Assembly: GCA_900128585.1 (NCBI GenBank)
Contig: LT642157.1
Span: 1-55,419 of the forward strand
Length of the DNA stretch: 55,419 bases
Origin: Stramenopiles sp. TOSAG23-3
Taxonomy: Eukaryota
Direction: 5' to 3'
Shown here piece after piece: positions 10,620-24,900 of the stretch. Under the pieces are notes generated by a model. That model had not been told where the DNA came from and did no database searches. It worked only from the letters and a program-made list of their open reading frames with translations. The stretch's first letter is position 1. Each line of letters begins with the position of its first letter. The position numbers and the translations under genes were made by a program.

Positions 10620-10994
10620 TAGGGCCCGAGACGAAGGCGGGAAGGGCAGGGGCATGAACTATCATTTGTCGACAGCTACAATAGACAATGTTGATGAATA
10701 GACTGGGGTGTTTTACAAAAACTAATCGTGCACCCAGAGAGCCCTAGAGCCGAGAAAGACGGAAACCGTAACACCAGCACACACAACGAGGGAGAAAATT
10801 TATTAAAATTAAAAGGAAACAAAAATGTTCAGTGTCTTAAAAAAAAACAAATTATATAGTATGTTTTAAATTTTGAAGTGTTTGTAGTCGGAAGACTTTT
10901 TTGTTTTTAGTTTTTGCGCGTGGCACGTGGATGGTAAATTAGTTTTTGTCAGCTATGATACTAATAAATTGTTTTTGCCTGTAATTATACGTTT

Positions 10995-11660
10995 TTAACG
11001 CAAAAAGCACACTCGAACCTGACCTTCCGTTTTGCGCGCCTGGTTTATAAATGCGGAAATCTCTCGGCTGGTAGGATCTTTTGTATGCGCGTAAAGCAAG
11101 CGCAATGGAACACCGTCGATAGACACTATCGTATCGCCAGAGCGTACACCATTTTTAGAAGCAGCTCCACTTGGATCAACATCATTGACAGCACCGCCTT
11201 GGGCAATTTGTATTCGTAGAGGTTCCGTGAACGATTTGACAAACTGCCCCCCTGCCTGAGGCAAAGGAGGCGCAGCTTCGCCCTCCGCCTGGATTTTATT
11301 GCTTAATTTGCTGATTTCGTCGAGGGATGCAGCAACTGCAGAACCACTCCCGGCTCCACTTGTCGGAATCAACCCGCTCGATAGTTCTAAAATTTGTGCC
11401 TTTAGCTTTTCGTTTTCCGCTTGAAGAAGCTTCTTTTCTCGCAGTTCTTTCGTCAACGTTATGTCCAGCATTAAATATTTCTCCGTGATGTCTTTCAGCT
11501 GCTTTCGCTGTTCGTTCATTTTTTTCTCTTGCAGTTCAATTAGCCTTTGAGATTTTATAAGCAGCGACGCTTGCTTTGGACGTTGAAACATTTCCTTCAC
11601 ATTTATGTCCACCGGGCTTTGCTTATTCCCATACCTTTGGGCATATCGTTGCGAATTCAT
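10995..11660 (-). CDS. Coiled-coil plus C-terminal PDZ domain protein
   Basis: ATG at 11660 (MNSQRY); heptad segment; PDZ-like VNDVDPSGAASKNGVRSGDTIVSIDGVPL. Confidence 0.75.
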   Translation of the reverse strand: MNSQRYAQRYGNKQSPVDINVKEMFQRPKQASLLIKSQRLIELQEKKMNEQRKQLKDITEKYLMLDITLTKELREKKLLQAENEKLKAQILELSSGLIPTSGAGSGSAVAASLDEISKLSNKIQAEGEAAPPLPQAGGQFVKSFTEPLRIQIAQGGAVNDVDPSGAASKNGVRSGDTIVSIDGVPLRLLYAHTKDPTSREISAFINQARKTEGQVRVCFLR

Positions 11661-11808
11661 TTGAATTTTATACAAAACCTTTGGTCCGAAACAAAACGGA
11701 AGCAATTCAACGCTGCGACAATTTCACAGGGAACAACGTTTCGTTTAGGCCTAAATTTTAATGCCAATAATAATCGTTTTGCTTTTTGACTTTTTCGTTT
11801 GTATGTAC

Positions 11809-11878
11809 NNNNNNNNNNNNNNNNNNNNNNNNNNNNNNNNNNNNNNNNNNNNNNNNNNNNNNNNNNNNNNNNNNNNNN
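11809..11878. other. Assembly gap (N run)
   Basis: Ns in sequence; further gaps at 28342-28385, 37592-37656 and 41090-41137, all intergenic. Confidence 1.
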
Positions 11879-12965
11879 CTATTTGAGTGAGTGAATGACT
11901 TACTCTCGTAGTTAAAAAACAAATGTGGGAGTTGGAACTAATATTTTTATATAAATGACAAATGACACAACCTCGAGTACAAACAGGAGTCATAAACCAT
12001 ACTTACATTGTAATCTAAAAGGGTATATATATAGGAAACATACACAACCAAGAAGAGATTGAGAAAATTCAAAGAAGGAGCAATTTGATGAAGAAATCCT
12101 TGACTTCGATGCAAAATGCAAAAAATAAATCAAAGAAAAAAATGAGCCACACATCACAGCATCATCATCGTTTTATAATTTTAGAAATGCATGCTATAGC
12201 ATTAAGTATAGCTATATATAATAACAAAGGTTTAGTCTCTATTTTGAACTATACTACACTTATCATAGCTATAACTACGAGGATTTGGAAGGAAGGAATA
12301 AATTGTTGATGAAGGTTTGCTTTGGATTCTTTACTAATCCACTATAATAATAGATAAATAATACAAGTATATAAATTGTATACTAATACGATTTCAATAA
12401 ATTCGAATTGAACCTGGTTTGAAACAAAACTAACACAGCACCTTCCTTCCCTCGTGCGTGTGTTTATCTTTGTCATCATCAAGACTACGTATCGTACATT
12501 AGATACAGCTAGTAGCAGTGGCTCAATTGCCTGCCATGCATCGTGTCAGAGGAAAAATATCTTTTCGTCGATAGCTATGAAGAAGAAGTATGAATAATTG
12601 TATACTTATTTTATTCCCCCCTATCTGATGATTACGAGAGGAGAATAGTATCTTTTCGTTGTTGTTGAGCAGGCAAGGATTGATGATGGATGACTTTTTG
12701 TACATTTTTTATATTGATTATTTATGATGATCAGGATTGACTATTAACAATTTGCGGTTTAGTATAGTTCTAATGGTGCAAATAGTCGTTTGGGTTCTAG
12801 GTTCAAGGCTCAATGTCCCAGTTTGTTTTCATACGAGTCGTCTAAGAATCTTCGATTGTTTGAAGTAAAGAAATATTAAAAGACTGCCACCGTCGAACGC
12901 GTTAGAATATAGGTTACTGGTGTAACACTTCACTTTGTCGACGGAGTGCTCTTTAGAACTGTAGT

Positions 12966-15900
12966 ATGGGAAATATTATTCAGCCGAACGCTTTCCCAGA
13001 GTCTTCTAAGCCTAGGGCTTTTAAACAAAAGGACAAGGAATGGATAGGCTTGCTGGATCGCTGCGACCAGTTTTTGACAGACAATAATTTGCGCGTGCAA
13101 TCGGCGTGTACAGCAGAGCTTGAACTTCGTAGTTCCTACGACATTTTACCGGGCTATCGAAGTGAGGTTCAGCAGCTGGTCGCTCATGATACGAAGTCCC
13201 GCGAGTACGAAGAGATGGTGCTAGGAATTCGGAAACGGGAGTCAGATCAAATAATTAGCGAAGGCATCCAGAGCGCGTTGCGCTCTCTTGTTGCTTTAGA
13301 CAATAGGAACACGGGAGGAAACCATGACATTCTTGAAGCTATGCACCACTCATTGGTTGCTTTTCAACGCATTAAAATAGCATTTGATCGGAAAGTCGAG
13401 TCACTTCAATCAAAAGTACTCGCCTCTAGCACAGCTGCTCCCGCCAATAGTACTACTGATGCCAACGAGGCCCAAACTTCTTCGAGTGAGTCTGCGACTG
13501 CCAACACAGGCACAAAAGTTGCCCGAAGCCGGTCCCTTGGGAATCCTCGTAGTGGCAGTAGGCCCGCAATGGATTCTCCGTCGTCCCGCCTTCGTGGTAT
13601 TGGTCTGCGAATGGGCCTTGCAATGATGAAGCGTGCGTGGAAGTCGGACCCGACTCTTTTTCAAGAATCGTTGGAGTTGGTACGGGAAGCCTTTATCGAC
13701 GCGATGGATCCCTTATCTTTGTACGACTCGCTCCCTTTAGCCCCATTTTTGGAACAAGGGGTTTCGAATCTCCGCTCGACGTTCGTTGACATTATTATGG
13801 ACGGGAAAGGGACGGAGTTGGGCGCTGTGCAGCAATTTGTTAGCTTTCTGCTATGCTTTGGCATATCTCGTGGGTCGGCTTCTGATATTTTACATGCGGT
13901 CAGACTTATTTTGAACAAAGACGTGCCCTACTTTCCAGATTCTGAAGCAAAACGATCGATAGAGTTCCTGCTAGCATTTTCACCAGAAAAGACCTTTTCC
14001 CCGTTTAGGCGCGGAAACGAATCGACTTCCCTGGGCTTGCGACTGAGCGCTGCTGACATGTCGGCACTGAACGCGTCTTCCATGGCGAACGATGGCGATT
14101 TTCTTTACATCCATTCCCTAACGAAGGGATTGTTGCGAATAAGTTGTCTCGGTCTTGAAGCTGGGAAAGTGTGCGGCTCGCCAAACCCTGATTTCCACAT
14201 TGGCGTTGCTGGCCACATGGTGCTGCTCGGGAAGAAACTCTATTTCTTTTACCAGGCGAAGACCAGTGAAGCGGTGTCGACGGTGTTCTATGTGGACACG
14301 ATTGATCCCAAAACCTTAAGACCTACAGACACTCATATTTTGACATTTTCAACGCGTGATAGGGACGGCTCCAGGGAAGGTTCAGAAGAGCAAAGCACTA
14401 CTTCTAACGGCGATGGTGTACTGCAACTTGAGCTGCTAAGCGAAGCGAACGAAGCGGAAAAACTTGCTGCTGCAAACGAGAAAGGCGACCAAGAGAATGT
14501 TATTTTGGATCGGGATCGTAGAAAAGCAGCGGAGCTGATGCAAGTTCCCGTGGAAGCCATAATAAAAGAAGAAGCGAAATCCAAAGAGTCCGCCGAGGAC
14601 AAAAAAAAAGGCGTAACGATTCCAAAACCGAAGCACATTCTTATGTGCGGAAATGGAAGTACGCTGTACTTTGTAACAATCCACAAGGCTGCATTAGTGA
14701 TGCACACTGTTGAGATAGATGGGGATTCAGGGATAATGCGAACCAATGCCTGTCCGCCAAAAGCATTGCAGTTCAACGGAAAATATTCAAAAATTGGGTG
14801 GCAAAATATCGTGTCGTCTCATAATGCTTTAGTGATAGCCATCAACTGTGGCGGTGGAGAATTTGTTGGTGGGGACGGAACTCGCTTTTTGAGAGATCAA
14901 TATTATGGACAAGATGAAAAGGAATTTGGCAGTGGTGGAGGATTTTTCCAGAGCCACACTGGCCACGAAGCAGGACAGTCCTTCATTTGCCATTCTTGCA
15001 GGTTTAGAAAGGGTTCCTTTTGGTACGATATACCAGTTCCCAATGGAAATTTTGTGGTTTCTCTTATCTTTTGTGAAATTGAATCGAGTAGTAAAAGCCA
15101 CCGGTGTTTTGACGTCTACGTTGATGACGAGCTTGTCATGTACCAATACAACCCAGGACCAAAGTACAAAAAAATTCAGTACGATTTTCCCGTCACCGTG
15201 ACATCGGGCCATAAGCTTAAAATCACATTTGACGGCACGAATCCCATGGTGAGCGGAATTGTAATTCGCCACCAGTCCTCTTCGCCATCTGTTTGCCCCC
15301 CAATTGCCCAAGACAATAGTGCTCCCGGTTGGCCAGAAAAGCAGACGGCCAATTCATTTGTGCTGTCAAACGGCGAATGCTTGTTGTTGGGTTCTAAATC
15401 TAAATCGTCAGCACCCATTGAGGTTATAACGTTTAGTTTGAAGTCTGGACATTCCTGTGGAAAATATTTTATCCCAAAATTTGAAGACTGTGTCGTATGC
15501 ATGGATAGCTCAAATTCTATCCTTTGGAAATACTCAAATAAGAATAAGTACAAAGTCCAGCGTTATGTCAACTCGTGGCCTTCGCTACGACAGAGAAACA
15601 AGTCAAGTAGAGCCGAAAACCCCAACGGGGAAGAAATTAACCTGAAATTGGGCAACGGAATAGATTTTACGTGCAATCTTCTGAACTCGTTAATACGAGT
15701 AGCAGAGTTCAGCGACTTCAACGACGCAAAACAAACAGGGTACATGTTTCCCCTCGGAATCGAGCTGTCGTCTGAAATGTTCACTCTTCTTATTGGCATG
15801 ATTTCCGAGTGTATGGACGAGGTGAAGGGGGGCAACATCAGGCGTTTTCATGTTCTTGAACTGTTAATGAATTTTTTAAATATTCATTTGAAGCATGCGC

Positions 15901-18900
15901 ATAGCTTAAACCAGGGCGAGTTCGAACTTTTGTTACAAAAAAAATCCCAAAAGGATTTAAAATCTATGGTTTTTGGTATTTTAGGCTCCGATGACTCCAC
16001 GTTTGATAATGTTTTGGAAATCGCAGCAGAGATATGCACGTCTTCCTTGGAATTGTTCGTACCTGGTTGGGAGGAGAAAATTAATTTATTGTGTCAAATT
16101 ATGCAACCGTCCATGGATTATTCTGAAAACAATAAGCTGAAGTTTACTCTGAAAAAGGAAGCTCATGTCCTTGTCGGAAAGAGCTTATTTTCTCGTTGCA
16201 ATGAGCTTGAAATGGTTATGTCTCTGTTTTCACACGTGGAAGAAAGTCTATCTCATGAAAACACGTCCATCGAAACCGAAACCGTCTTGAATAATTTTTT
16301 AAATGCAATTTTGCATCGACTACTAGACGATTTCAAAAGTCACTTAGATTTATGCTCAGCCGATGGCCCAGTCCCGACATTATCGTCAGAAGCCAGAGAC
16401 GTTATAGGGTTTATGCATCTCGTATATTGCTACTTCATGTCATTGACTGCAGAACCGTTTGATTTTGAGAACCGTCTCTGCCAGTTACTGGTGAAACACA
16501 TGTCATTGTTTTTTCGTGAATGCGCGACAGCGATACAGTTGGGGATCGTGTCTAGCGACGGAAGTGAAAATATAGAAAACGCCGTCTCCATTATTGGCCT
16601 ATTTTTTGGAAAGTTGTGGTACCAAAGCATTGTTTATTGCTCCTCTTTTGCCCACAACGCAGAAGCGGCCGATATTTTAGTCGCACCCTGCGTAGACCTT
16701 TCTACCACTGTATTAGGCTTTTTCACGAAGATCTCGAAGGAAACTGCTAAGAACTTAGTAGAGTCTTGCCTGCAGACCAACGATAACGTAGCAGTAGCTG
16801 GGTTTCCCTACACGCTCGGACCAGCAGATGATCTGCCAGACCAGGCGACATGGGGCACATCGTATGCTCTGATGGATTACCCGGCTACATCGAGCGGAAA
16901 CATCACTACCGTGCATGCACGGTTTGGTTCATTGCCACAAGGGAATCGCACCGAATGTTTATACGTGAGAATCTTTGAAAGGGTACAAGATTCAACATCA
17001 AATTTCAAATTTCTTCGAGAGCAGAAAGTTGAAATAAACCGAACTTCTGTCGCCCTTGATGCTATAATAGAGCTGCCTGTATCATCTGGGGGCATCATCA
17101 TCAATGAAGGCGAGTTTCCAGCTTTGTACAACCCGAAAGGGAGCCTTAACATTCGAACGAGAAAGCTAGGAGCACCGCAGCGAACAATTTACTACACCTC
17201 TGGGTCAACCAAGAAACACGGCATTGGAGATACAGTATCGTTCACAAGCTATTCCAACAAAGACAACCGCGGGGCCCTGTTGCCAGGCTGGTACGCAGTA
17301 GTTGAAGCGCCCATGGGTCTCCAGGCCATTTCAAACACTGGAAGTGGCGAGAAGAAGAAAAACCCAAGAGAGCCAAGAGAAGGAAAAGTACGGATGGAGT
17401 ACAAGTACATTTACCAGTTCGCTCGCTTTCAGTCATGGTTAGCATCAAAATTAGCGTCCACATTGATCAAGGGGTCTACGAGCAAAAAAATCGAGAAAGA
17501 AAATGAGCCTTGGCTTTCCTCATCAGTGTTTAACGGTAACTTTAAATTGCCAAATGATCCAATGGCTGCACCAATGCTGAGAAGAAGTGCTTCTTCACTA
17601 GAAGAGGAGGGTTCGTTTTTAGAAGACTTTACGCAAGGGAAGACGTCATGCGTGTTGCTAAAAAAGCTCGAGGAAGGTTACTCACCAAATATGTACATGA
17701 AAATGTTGCGCCGAAAAGGTGGTGAAGTTGTTGACGAATCTCTCCGTAGCTGCTTTTTAGCCATCGCATCGCAAGTAAATTTATTTGAAAAAGCGTTGGC
17801 TTTTGAAGTTTGTGCCCAAGGAGACGACGATGCCCCAGAAGAATTATTAGAGTTGTGGTCTTTTGTTCAAGAGAAACGACAGTGGTTTATTAGAGAGCAC
17901 GAGCAGCTTGCAGGCACCACATACGAAACTATTTGTGCCGAGGTAAAAAAACGAGTTAACTTGTTGTCGCATATAATTCCCAATAATTCCCCAGCTACCC
18001 CTGAAGGTTCCCCGCAACGATCTATGAGGCACCAGTTCGGAAGTGCCAGGAAGGATAGCCCTCGGTGGGAGGCAGTTGAAAGAAGTTTGCATGAGAGGAA
18101 TGAATTGAGCAAAATGTTGCAAGAGAGGTCATACTTATTGAGCGAGAAAAAAATTGACGAAGAACCGAGAGACACAGTCGTACGATTCCTTTTGTCAAGT
18201 GCAAATTCCACGGAGATTGAAGAGAGCCTGTCAATGAGCAGGGTAAGGGCACGACGGAGAATCTCTGGCTTTAAGCAAATGACCGACTTGATCGAACAGG
18301 TTGTATTTGACAATTTAAGCGACCCGTTTAATTCAGGCCCAGGAAAATTAGGGGACCTCGGCAATTTAGTGGCTTCATCAATACTTCAAAACTGCAGTCA
18401 GAGTATCGTCGTTTTTGAGAAAGAAGGAAATGGTTATGTCATAAAACCATGGTCCATTCATGATGCGATCAAAGGATGTGGGGCCCGGTACAAGAAAGAA
18501 GTGGTGACTTCTCATGTTAAGTTCTGTCGCACTCTCATAAGCGTCTTGAAGAGACCGGTCGAGAAAGAAGATAGCGTTTCAGTGCGTGCAACAAAGCATT
18601 TATGCGTCAAAAGCCTGTGTGTTAAATACTCATTCGATGATAAAGGCAGGGTTTTGGCAAGCAATCTCACTGGGGCCCTGAAATCGCTGTTGCAGCCCCA
18701 TTCATTACTAGGCTCTGGTAAGTCGGGGGATAAATCGAAAAAAGAGGGCTGGAAAATTACTCCAATCACCCCTGTTGCGCATAGTTTGTACGAGTTTTTA
18801 GTCTTCTCTACTATAGCGCTGGAGGATGTTTTGCTCGGAAACTTTTTGATTGATTTGTTTGGACTATTGGCTGCCCACCTCGATGGAATGCTGTCCATGT

Positions 18901-21900
18901 TGCAAAGTGTCGAAAGCTCCGAGAATGAAGCACTCCCGATGCAGCGGAACCAGTACAATTATTTGGAGAATATGCCCGTTCGATTGGGTAGAAGATCTAC
19001 GGTCGTGGGGCTTGTAATCCCACGGCCACCTAGTTTGGACGCATCATTTTCTGTTGCTATGAACGTTTACTTTGATGATTTTGATCGCAGTTGCAATATA
19101 CTTCTGTTCAAACGAGGGAACTTCCATAAATGTACCGAAAATAACGAATCGCAAGCCCTTGCGTATGTGAACAAAGACACAAAAAAAATTCATTTTATTA
19201 CCAAAATTCGAAGAGCGCAAAATGTTGATGAAGCGCAGGTAATTACCGACGAACCTATAACTGCAAAGGAATGGCACTCTTTGCTTTTCTTGCGAATTTT
19301 CAGCCAAAGTGGCAAAGATGGACTGCACATAATAATGGACGGAAAGTATTGTGGTAGTTCTACTGGGAAATTTGACCCTGAAGCATTGGGCGAGGTCATT
19401 AGGTTGGCTGAAGTCGCAACAGAACAAAAAGGATCCTTTTTACCACTGTATTTAGGTTTGCCCCCAGTGCCCCCGCATTACATCGCTTCATCTACCGCGT
19501 CAACAATATCTGAAAAATATCTTCAAAACCACGAAAAAATTTCATTCCAAGGAACAATTGCGTCTGTTAGCATTTCCACTGATGCAAAACAAATGCTTAA
19601 GTCGTTTCATGAAGCTAAAGATTCAAAAAAAAGCTTTGAGGACTATGGGAAGATATGTGATACACACAAAGAATTGGAGTGGACCCTGGATACATTGTAT
19701 AAGTGCACGCAAATTGAAAAGGCGAAAGATATAGTTTCTAGACCACGAACGGTCCAGTCTCTGCTCTCAATCCTTCTTGGAGTATTTGATGCCCGTGAAA
19801 TCACCGCACAAAAAGGGGAGTCTCACCGTTTTGATAGTATTAGTTCTTCCTCTCCAGCGAATAAACTACAGGCTGCTCGAGTTCTTGGGGCGTTATTGAA
19901 AAACATTGATCCGGAGAAAATTGCTGCCGATCAATATATCAGTAGTTACTGGACCCCTGAAAATATTGTTGAATCATTGTTTCAGCTCTATCAACATTTG
20001 GATTGCATTGTCATGGATTCAGAATTTAACTCTGCCTCCATATGGTGTTCAGCTAGGTACTCGTCAATGCTTATGTTTGAACTCGGTAGTATATTTCATT
20101 CCTTGGCTCTTAATGAGCAGTGGGCGACAATAGTTATTGAGCACGTCTGCAAAGAGGCAGAGGGGGCACTGTCTTTGGTCAGGGCGTTCAAAAATAATGC
20201 TGAAATGGTGTCAGAAAGAAAAACAAATGCCGTATGGAGGGTCTTGAGTGCATTGCAGTTGTTATGCGGCGCCCCTAGCACATTCCGTATTGGCGCGAGG
20301 GTCAAAATTAAGGGGGATAGCAAAGGATCGAAAGTACCACTGAATAGAAGTGGGCTCATAGTTAGCTTGTCTGAACATGACAATTCGGCATCCATCTTGT
20401 TATCAGATGGAGAAATGGCCGAAGATATCCCTCTTGACCAGCTGCTCCCTGTTCCCTCGCAAGAATGGTTGGCTGGAGGATGCACATCGCACAGACTATC
20501 TCGTGTGCTTCAGTGTATCTTGCCTCTTGTTCGGGCTGCTGCAGACGAAGGAAATGTTTCTCTAATTTTTGCAACTCTGCAGTATCGCGTTATGCACCTG
20601 CTCACTATTTTTGTCGAGCTCGTTCCGTCTGCTCATGAAATATTGCTTTCGGATAGTCGCCGTATCACAGAAGTGCTTGACATCGCAAGCCAAATCATGA
20701 TGATAAACGGCGAATTTGGAATTTTTTCAGATTTGTGTCAAAAAATGGAGGGTCTTCGATTGCTCATGCGAGATGTAAATTTGAACGCTGAGGAGGTCTT
20801 TCAGTCTTCTCTTGGGCTGGATGTATCCGAAGGTAAAAAAGCAGAGGATCGAAAGCCTTTCAGTATCAAATCAGTATCTCCCCTGATCAATGTTGGTAAT
20901 GTTGTTGTGAATCCCACTTATTCTCTGCAGGAAAATATTGGTGATGAGTGGGAATGTGCTCAATGCCAAACGCCAAACCCGGTTGAGCTGGACAATTGTG
21001 AAATGTGCGATTACGATAGACCAAAGGCAGGTGTAATTATTGGAGAGCGATGGCCACAAGACTCTTCAATGGACTTATTTCATATACCTTGTCTCAGTAA
21101 GTTGAAGTATAGCACGCAAGCCGCTGCTCGAGAATTGGCGAAGGGCTATGGAGTTGTTTGGCAAGGGCAAGCAAGCTTATCTCGTACAATTAAATCCCAA
21201 GTGACCAGCTCGTTTTCTTTTACAGTGAAGAATTTGCCACACATCGGTAACGCTATCGTACGCGCTGGATTTGTTGAAGAAATCGACGAGGAAATTGAAG
21301 TAGGGGGAGTGGGGAAAATGTTTGGTTGGTGCAGTGACGGTTCGGTTTTGAAACCCTCTCAAAGTAAAGTTGTGACATCAAAAAACCACGAGCTGAAAGT
21401 GGTTTATATCAGTACGCCTTCTGAGCCAAGTTATGGTCAGGAGCAGGCAGTTACACGAGAAGGCCCCGCCGGACCGTTTTTATGTTCTGTAAAAAAGTAT
21501 TTTCCGACTTGGGCCCTCGAAGACATCAGGCTATTGAATGGAAAATGGTACTACGAGGTGGAAGTGGTCGGGGACCCAAAATCAAGCTGCCCGCAGATAG
21601 GGTGGTCAGATCCTCAGCACACACACTTTGATGGGTCCTCCCTAGGTATAGGTGATTGCAATCACAGCTGGGGTGTCGATGGTTTACGAAGGAAAGCATG
21701 GAATGGAGATAACTCTCTACAACCGTATGGAAAGATATGGAAGAATGGAGACCGTATAGGCTGTGCAATAGATATTGATGGAAAAACTATGGGGTTCTAT
21801 GTGAACAATGAATATCAGGGGACGGCATTCACACATTGCAATTTTGATGGGGGAGTATATCCCGCGTTTACTTTAAGTGGCGAAGGAAAAATGAAAATCA

Positions 21901-24900
21901 AGGTTTATTTTGGTGGAAGCGCCGATTTGAAATACGATCCCCCTAGTGGTTATTTGCAGATATATGAGTACTTTAATTTGGCTAAAGAAAAGCGCGACAA
22001 AGTTACTGCCCAGTGGAATGATATTCCTGCATTCATGGCTAAAAAGAATGTTACTTACATGAAGTCCAACATTATATTTAGCAGGAACGACAAATCGCCG
22101 GGAACTGAAAACGCAAATAATGTTACTGGCAGTACAGATAATACAATGAACCAACCGTCAAATGAAAGCGAAAGTAAAGTGGCTGTTCGCGCAAGCCAAA
22201 GCCCTTTGGATAAAGACACTTTGTGCGAACCTTACCCGAGTGCAGGTTGTATTGACCCCGCTTCTAGTGTATTTATTGATGAGGGGATGGTGGAATCTCT
22301 AAACACCAGCTCAAAGACGAGCAATGCAGCCCAATGGAACCAAGGAAGCGTAATCACAATTACGCGCAAGTACGACTCTGATCAGATTGCCATTTTTCTC
22401 GAGAACAAACTGGTGCATGAAATATCGAATATTCCGCAAACTTTTATGCACCCGTTCATTCAAATATCAGGAGCTGGTGTTGCTGTGCAATTGGAAAACG
22501 AACATGACTTATCTTCTGAAAAATATGGCAAATATTCTTCCTGGACTCTGGAAAGCGCAATATCAAATGAAACAGTTTACTTCGGAACTCTTCATTCCGA
22601 AGATGGCAAGTTTGTTCATCTTGTGCGACTGTTCATTCGATCCGAGAGCAGAGAAAGACCCGCAGTGTTCAACGGGAATATGACGTTTGTAGACTTGCAC
22701 CACGAGGTCAGCGTTCATGGGGAAATTGTTGGAAATGATATTCGTCTATTTTCTTACATTGTGGACCCTGATGATAAATTAGAAAGGTGCACGTATTTTC
22801 TAAAAATCTCCCCGAATGCGCCTGGAAGACTATCGGGAGTCTCAAAAGATGGCAGCTCAGTGATGATTTTGCAAAAAGATTTTGGAACAGCTTTAAGCTT
22901 CAAAGACCCAGGGAGTCATTTTGTAATGGGAGCATTGTCAGCTTCAGATACCTCTCCAAGATTTACATGCGAACTATGGGCGAAATTTGATTCCCCAGAG
23001 ACAAGTAATGGTAACATTATATGCTGTTATTCTGCAAAATCTCAACTTCCCGAATTTGCGCTTGTCAAGAACGCTTCGACTTACAGTCTTGTAGACCGCA
23101 AAAAAACTGGGCACAGGAGAACGATTTTAACTGCCCATGTTAGCGACATGGAGTATGGCACTTGGAACCATCTTGCATTTTCTGTCTGCCGCGCCCGCAC
23201 CCAAGATTGGGGCGAGGCCATATTATCAAGTGAGGGATGCAGGTTATTAGAAAAAAAAGATTTTATGGAACTATCTGGCATGGATTCTGAACGAGAATAC
23301 AACGGCAAGGACCCTAACTTGGCCTTTGATACGATTTTTTCATTTGACATTGTTAGTGTTGATGATCAAGGCTTTATCTGGATGGGTTTAAGGGGAGTAC
23401 CGGAAGGCCAGGACGAGGAAGAAACGAAAACGGACCACGTCAGACAAGACACGTACCGTTTTAGCAGTAGTGGAAAATTCGAAAAGAATGGAAATCGACT
23501 ATATTCTGGAGATCGCTTGAAGGCGGGAGACAACGTAACTTTGTTTTATGATGAGAATACTATAATAGTATTCAAAAATGGGAAAAAAGTTTGTTCGTGT
23601 AAAGCACCGTTTTCAGGCAAAACCCAATCATTCATTACTATGAGTGGCCAAGGAAGCAAAATACGAGTGCCCACCCATGCGGGCGGCCTAAAGATACCCT
23701 ATCGGAGCGTTTGGTCTTTTTACAACAATGGAGAACTGCTGTCCCAAGGTATTTCTTCACGATGTCATAATCTAACCGGGCAGTGGGTCGTAGGCGATGC
23801 CCGACTCAGCGAAACCCGATTGCAGTGTAGCGTGAGTGAAATTCGAATGTGGGATAAATGTTTGTCGGTCATGGAGTTAAAGCGGCTGTCGAAAGTTTCA
23901 TTCCCTACGAGTAAACCGATGGATAAACTGATAGGGTGGTGGCCGTTGGTGATTGGATATGGAAACATTGCATATGATGTTCGTAGGGGACGCCACGGCC
24001 TTTTGTACAACCCAACGTGGAAAAAAACGACTGGTTTAAAAAAAGAATTCTCACCGGAACCTTTGTTTTGGAGCTTAAATAATTGTCACGACAAGCTCAA
24101 AGTTGACCCTATGGATGCATCTCGAATTTGTAAATCTAGCAGCGCAGTCGTTGGTCACACAGGCATGTGCAAAACTCCAATCAATGTTGGAAAATTTCAG
24201 TTTAATATCGAAGTAAAGAAATTGAAAAATTATGCATACATTGGCGTTGCCAGTGAGAAAATGTCAAAAACACTCAGTTCGTACATAGGGCAGACAGACG
24301 AAAGTTGGGGCCTTTACTCGAACGGTGATTGCTGTCACGACGCGGTGCGGTCACAGACTAAATGCAAAAAATTCTCTAGCGGCGATTTGGTGACTGTTTT
24401 CGTGGATACTATCCTAGGAACAATTACGTGGGCTGTAAACGGTGAGACCGTCGGTTTTAAGTATTCCAATCTTCGTGGGAAAACCGTATTCCCTGCGGTT
24501 ACCCTGTTTTACAGTGAGGATGAAATGGTGATTTCGCGGAACAGTATAGATGATACTGTGGACGATATTCACTCCACTATTCCACAAGTTTCTCAGGAAT
24601 TGACCACCGCACTATCATACTTCGAAACTGAAGGAAATGCAATGAACCCTTTATTGCAAGAATTGGATTTTGATTCTTTCAAGTATGGTACAGTAAAGCG
24701 AAAGAGCGAATCTGAGAGCCCTAAAGAGGAGTCCAAAATCTCCCCGGTTTTACTGGGCGACATAGGGGATCAATGTGCAGCACCAATGTCAGAAAAATAC
24801 GATGGCTCATTTGATGAGCAGAAAAATGGCAACAGAAATAATGCTCAGTTATGCGAAGGAGCGCAGCGAACTGTCTGTGTGCAAGGTCCTATGTGGCGTT

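Noticed and set aside
10600..10701. Antizyme-type +1 frameshift at TCG TGA
   Set aside because: Second frame is under 30 codons past the stop and has no antizyme similarity
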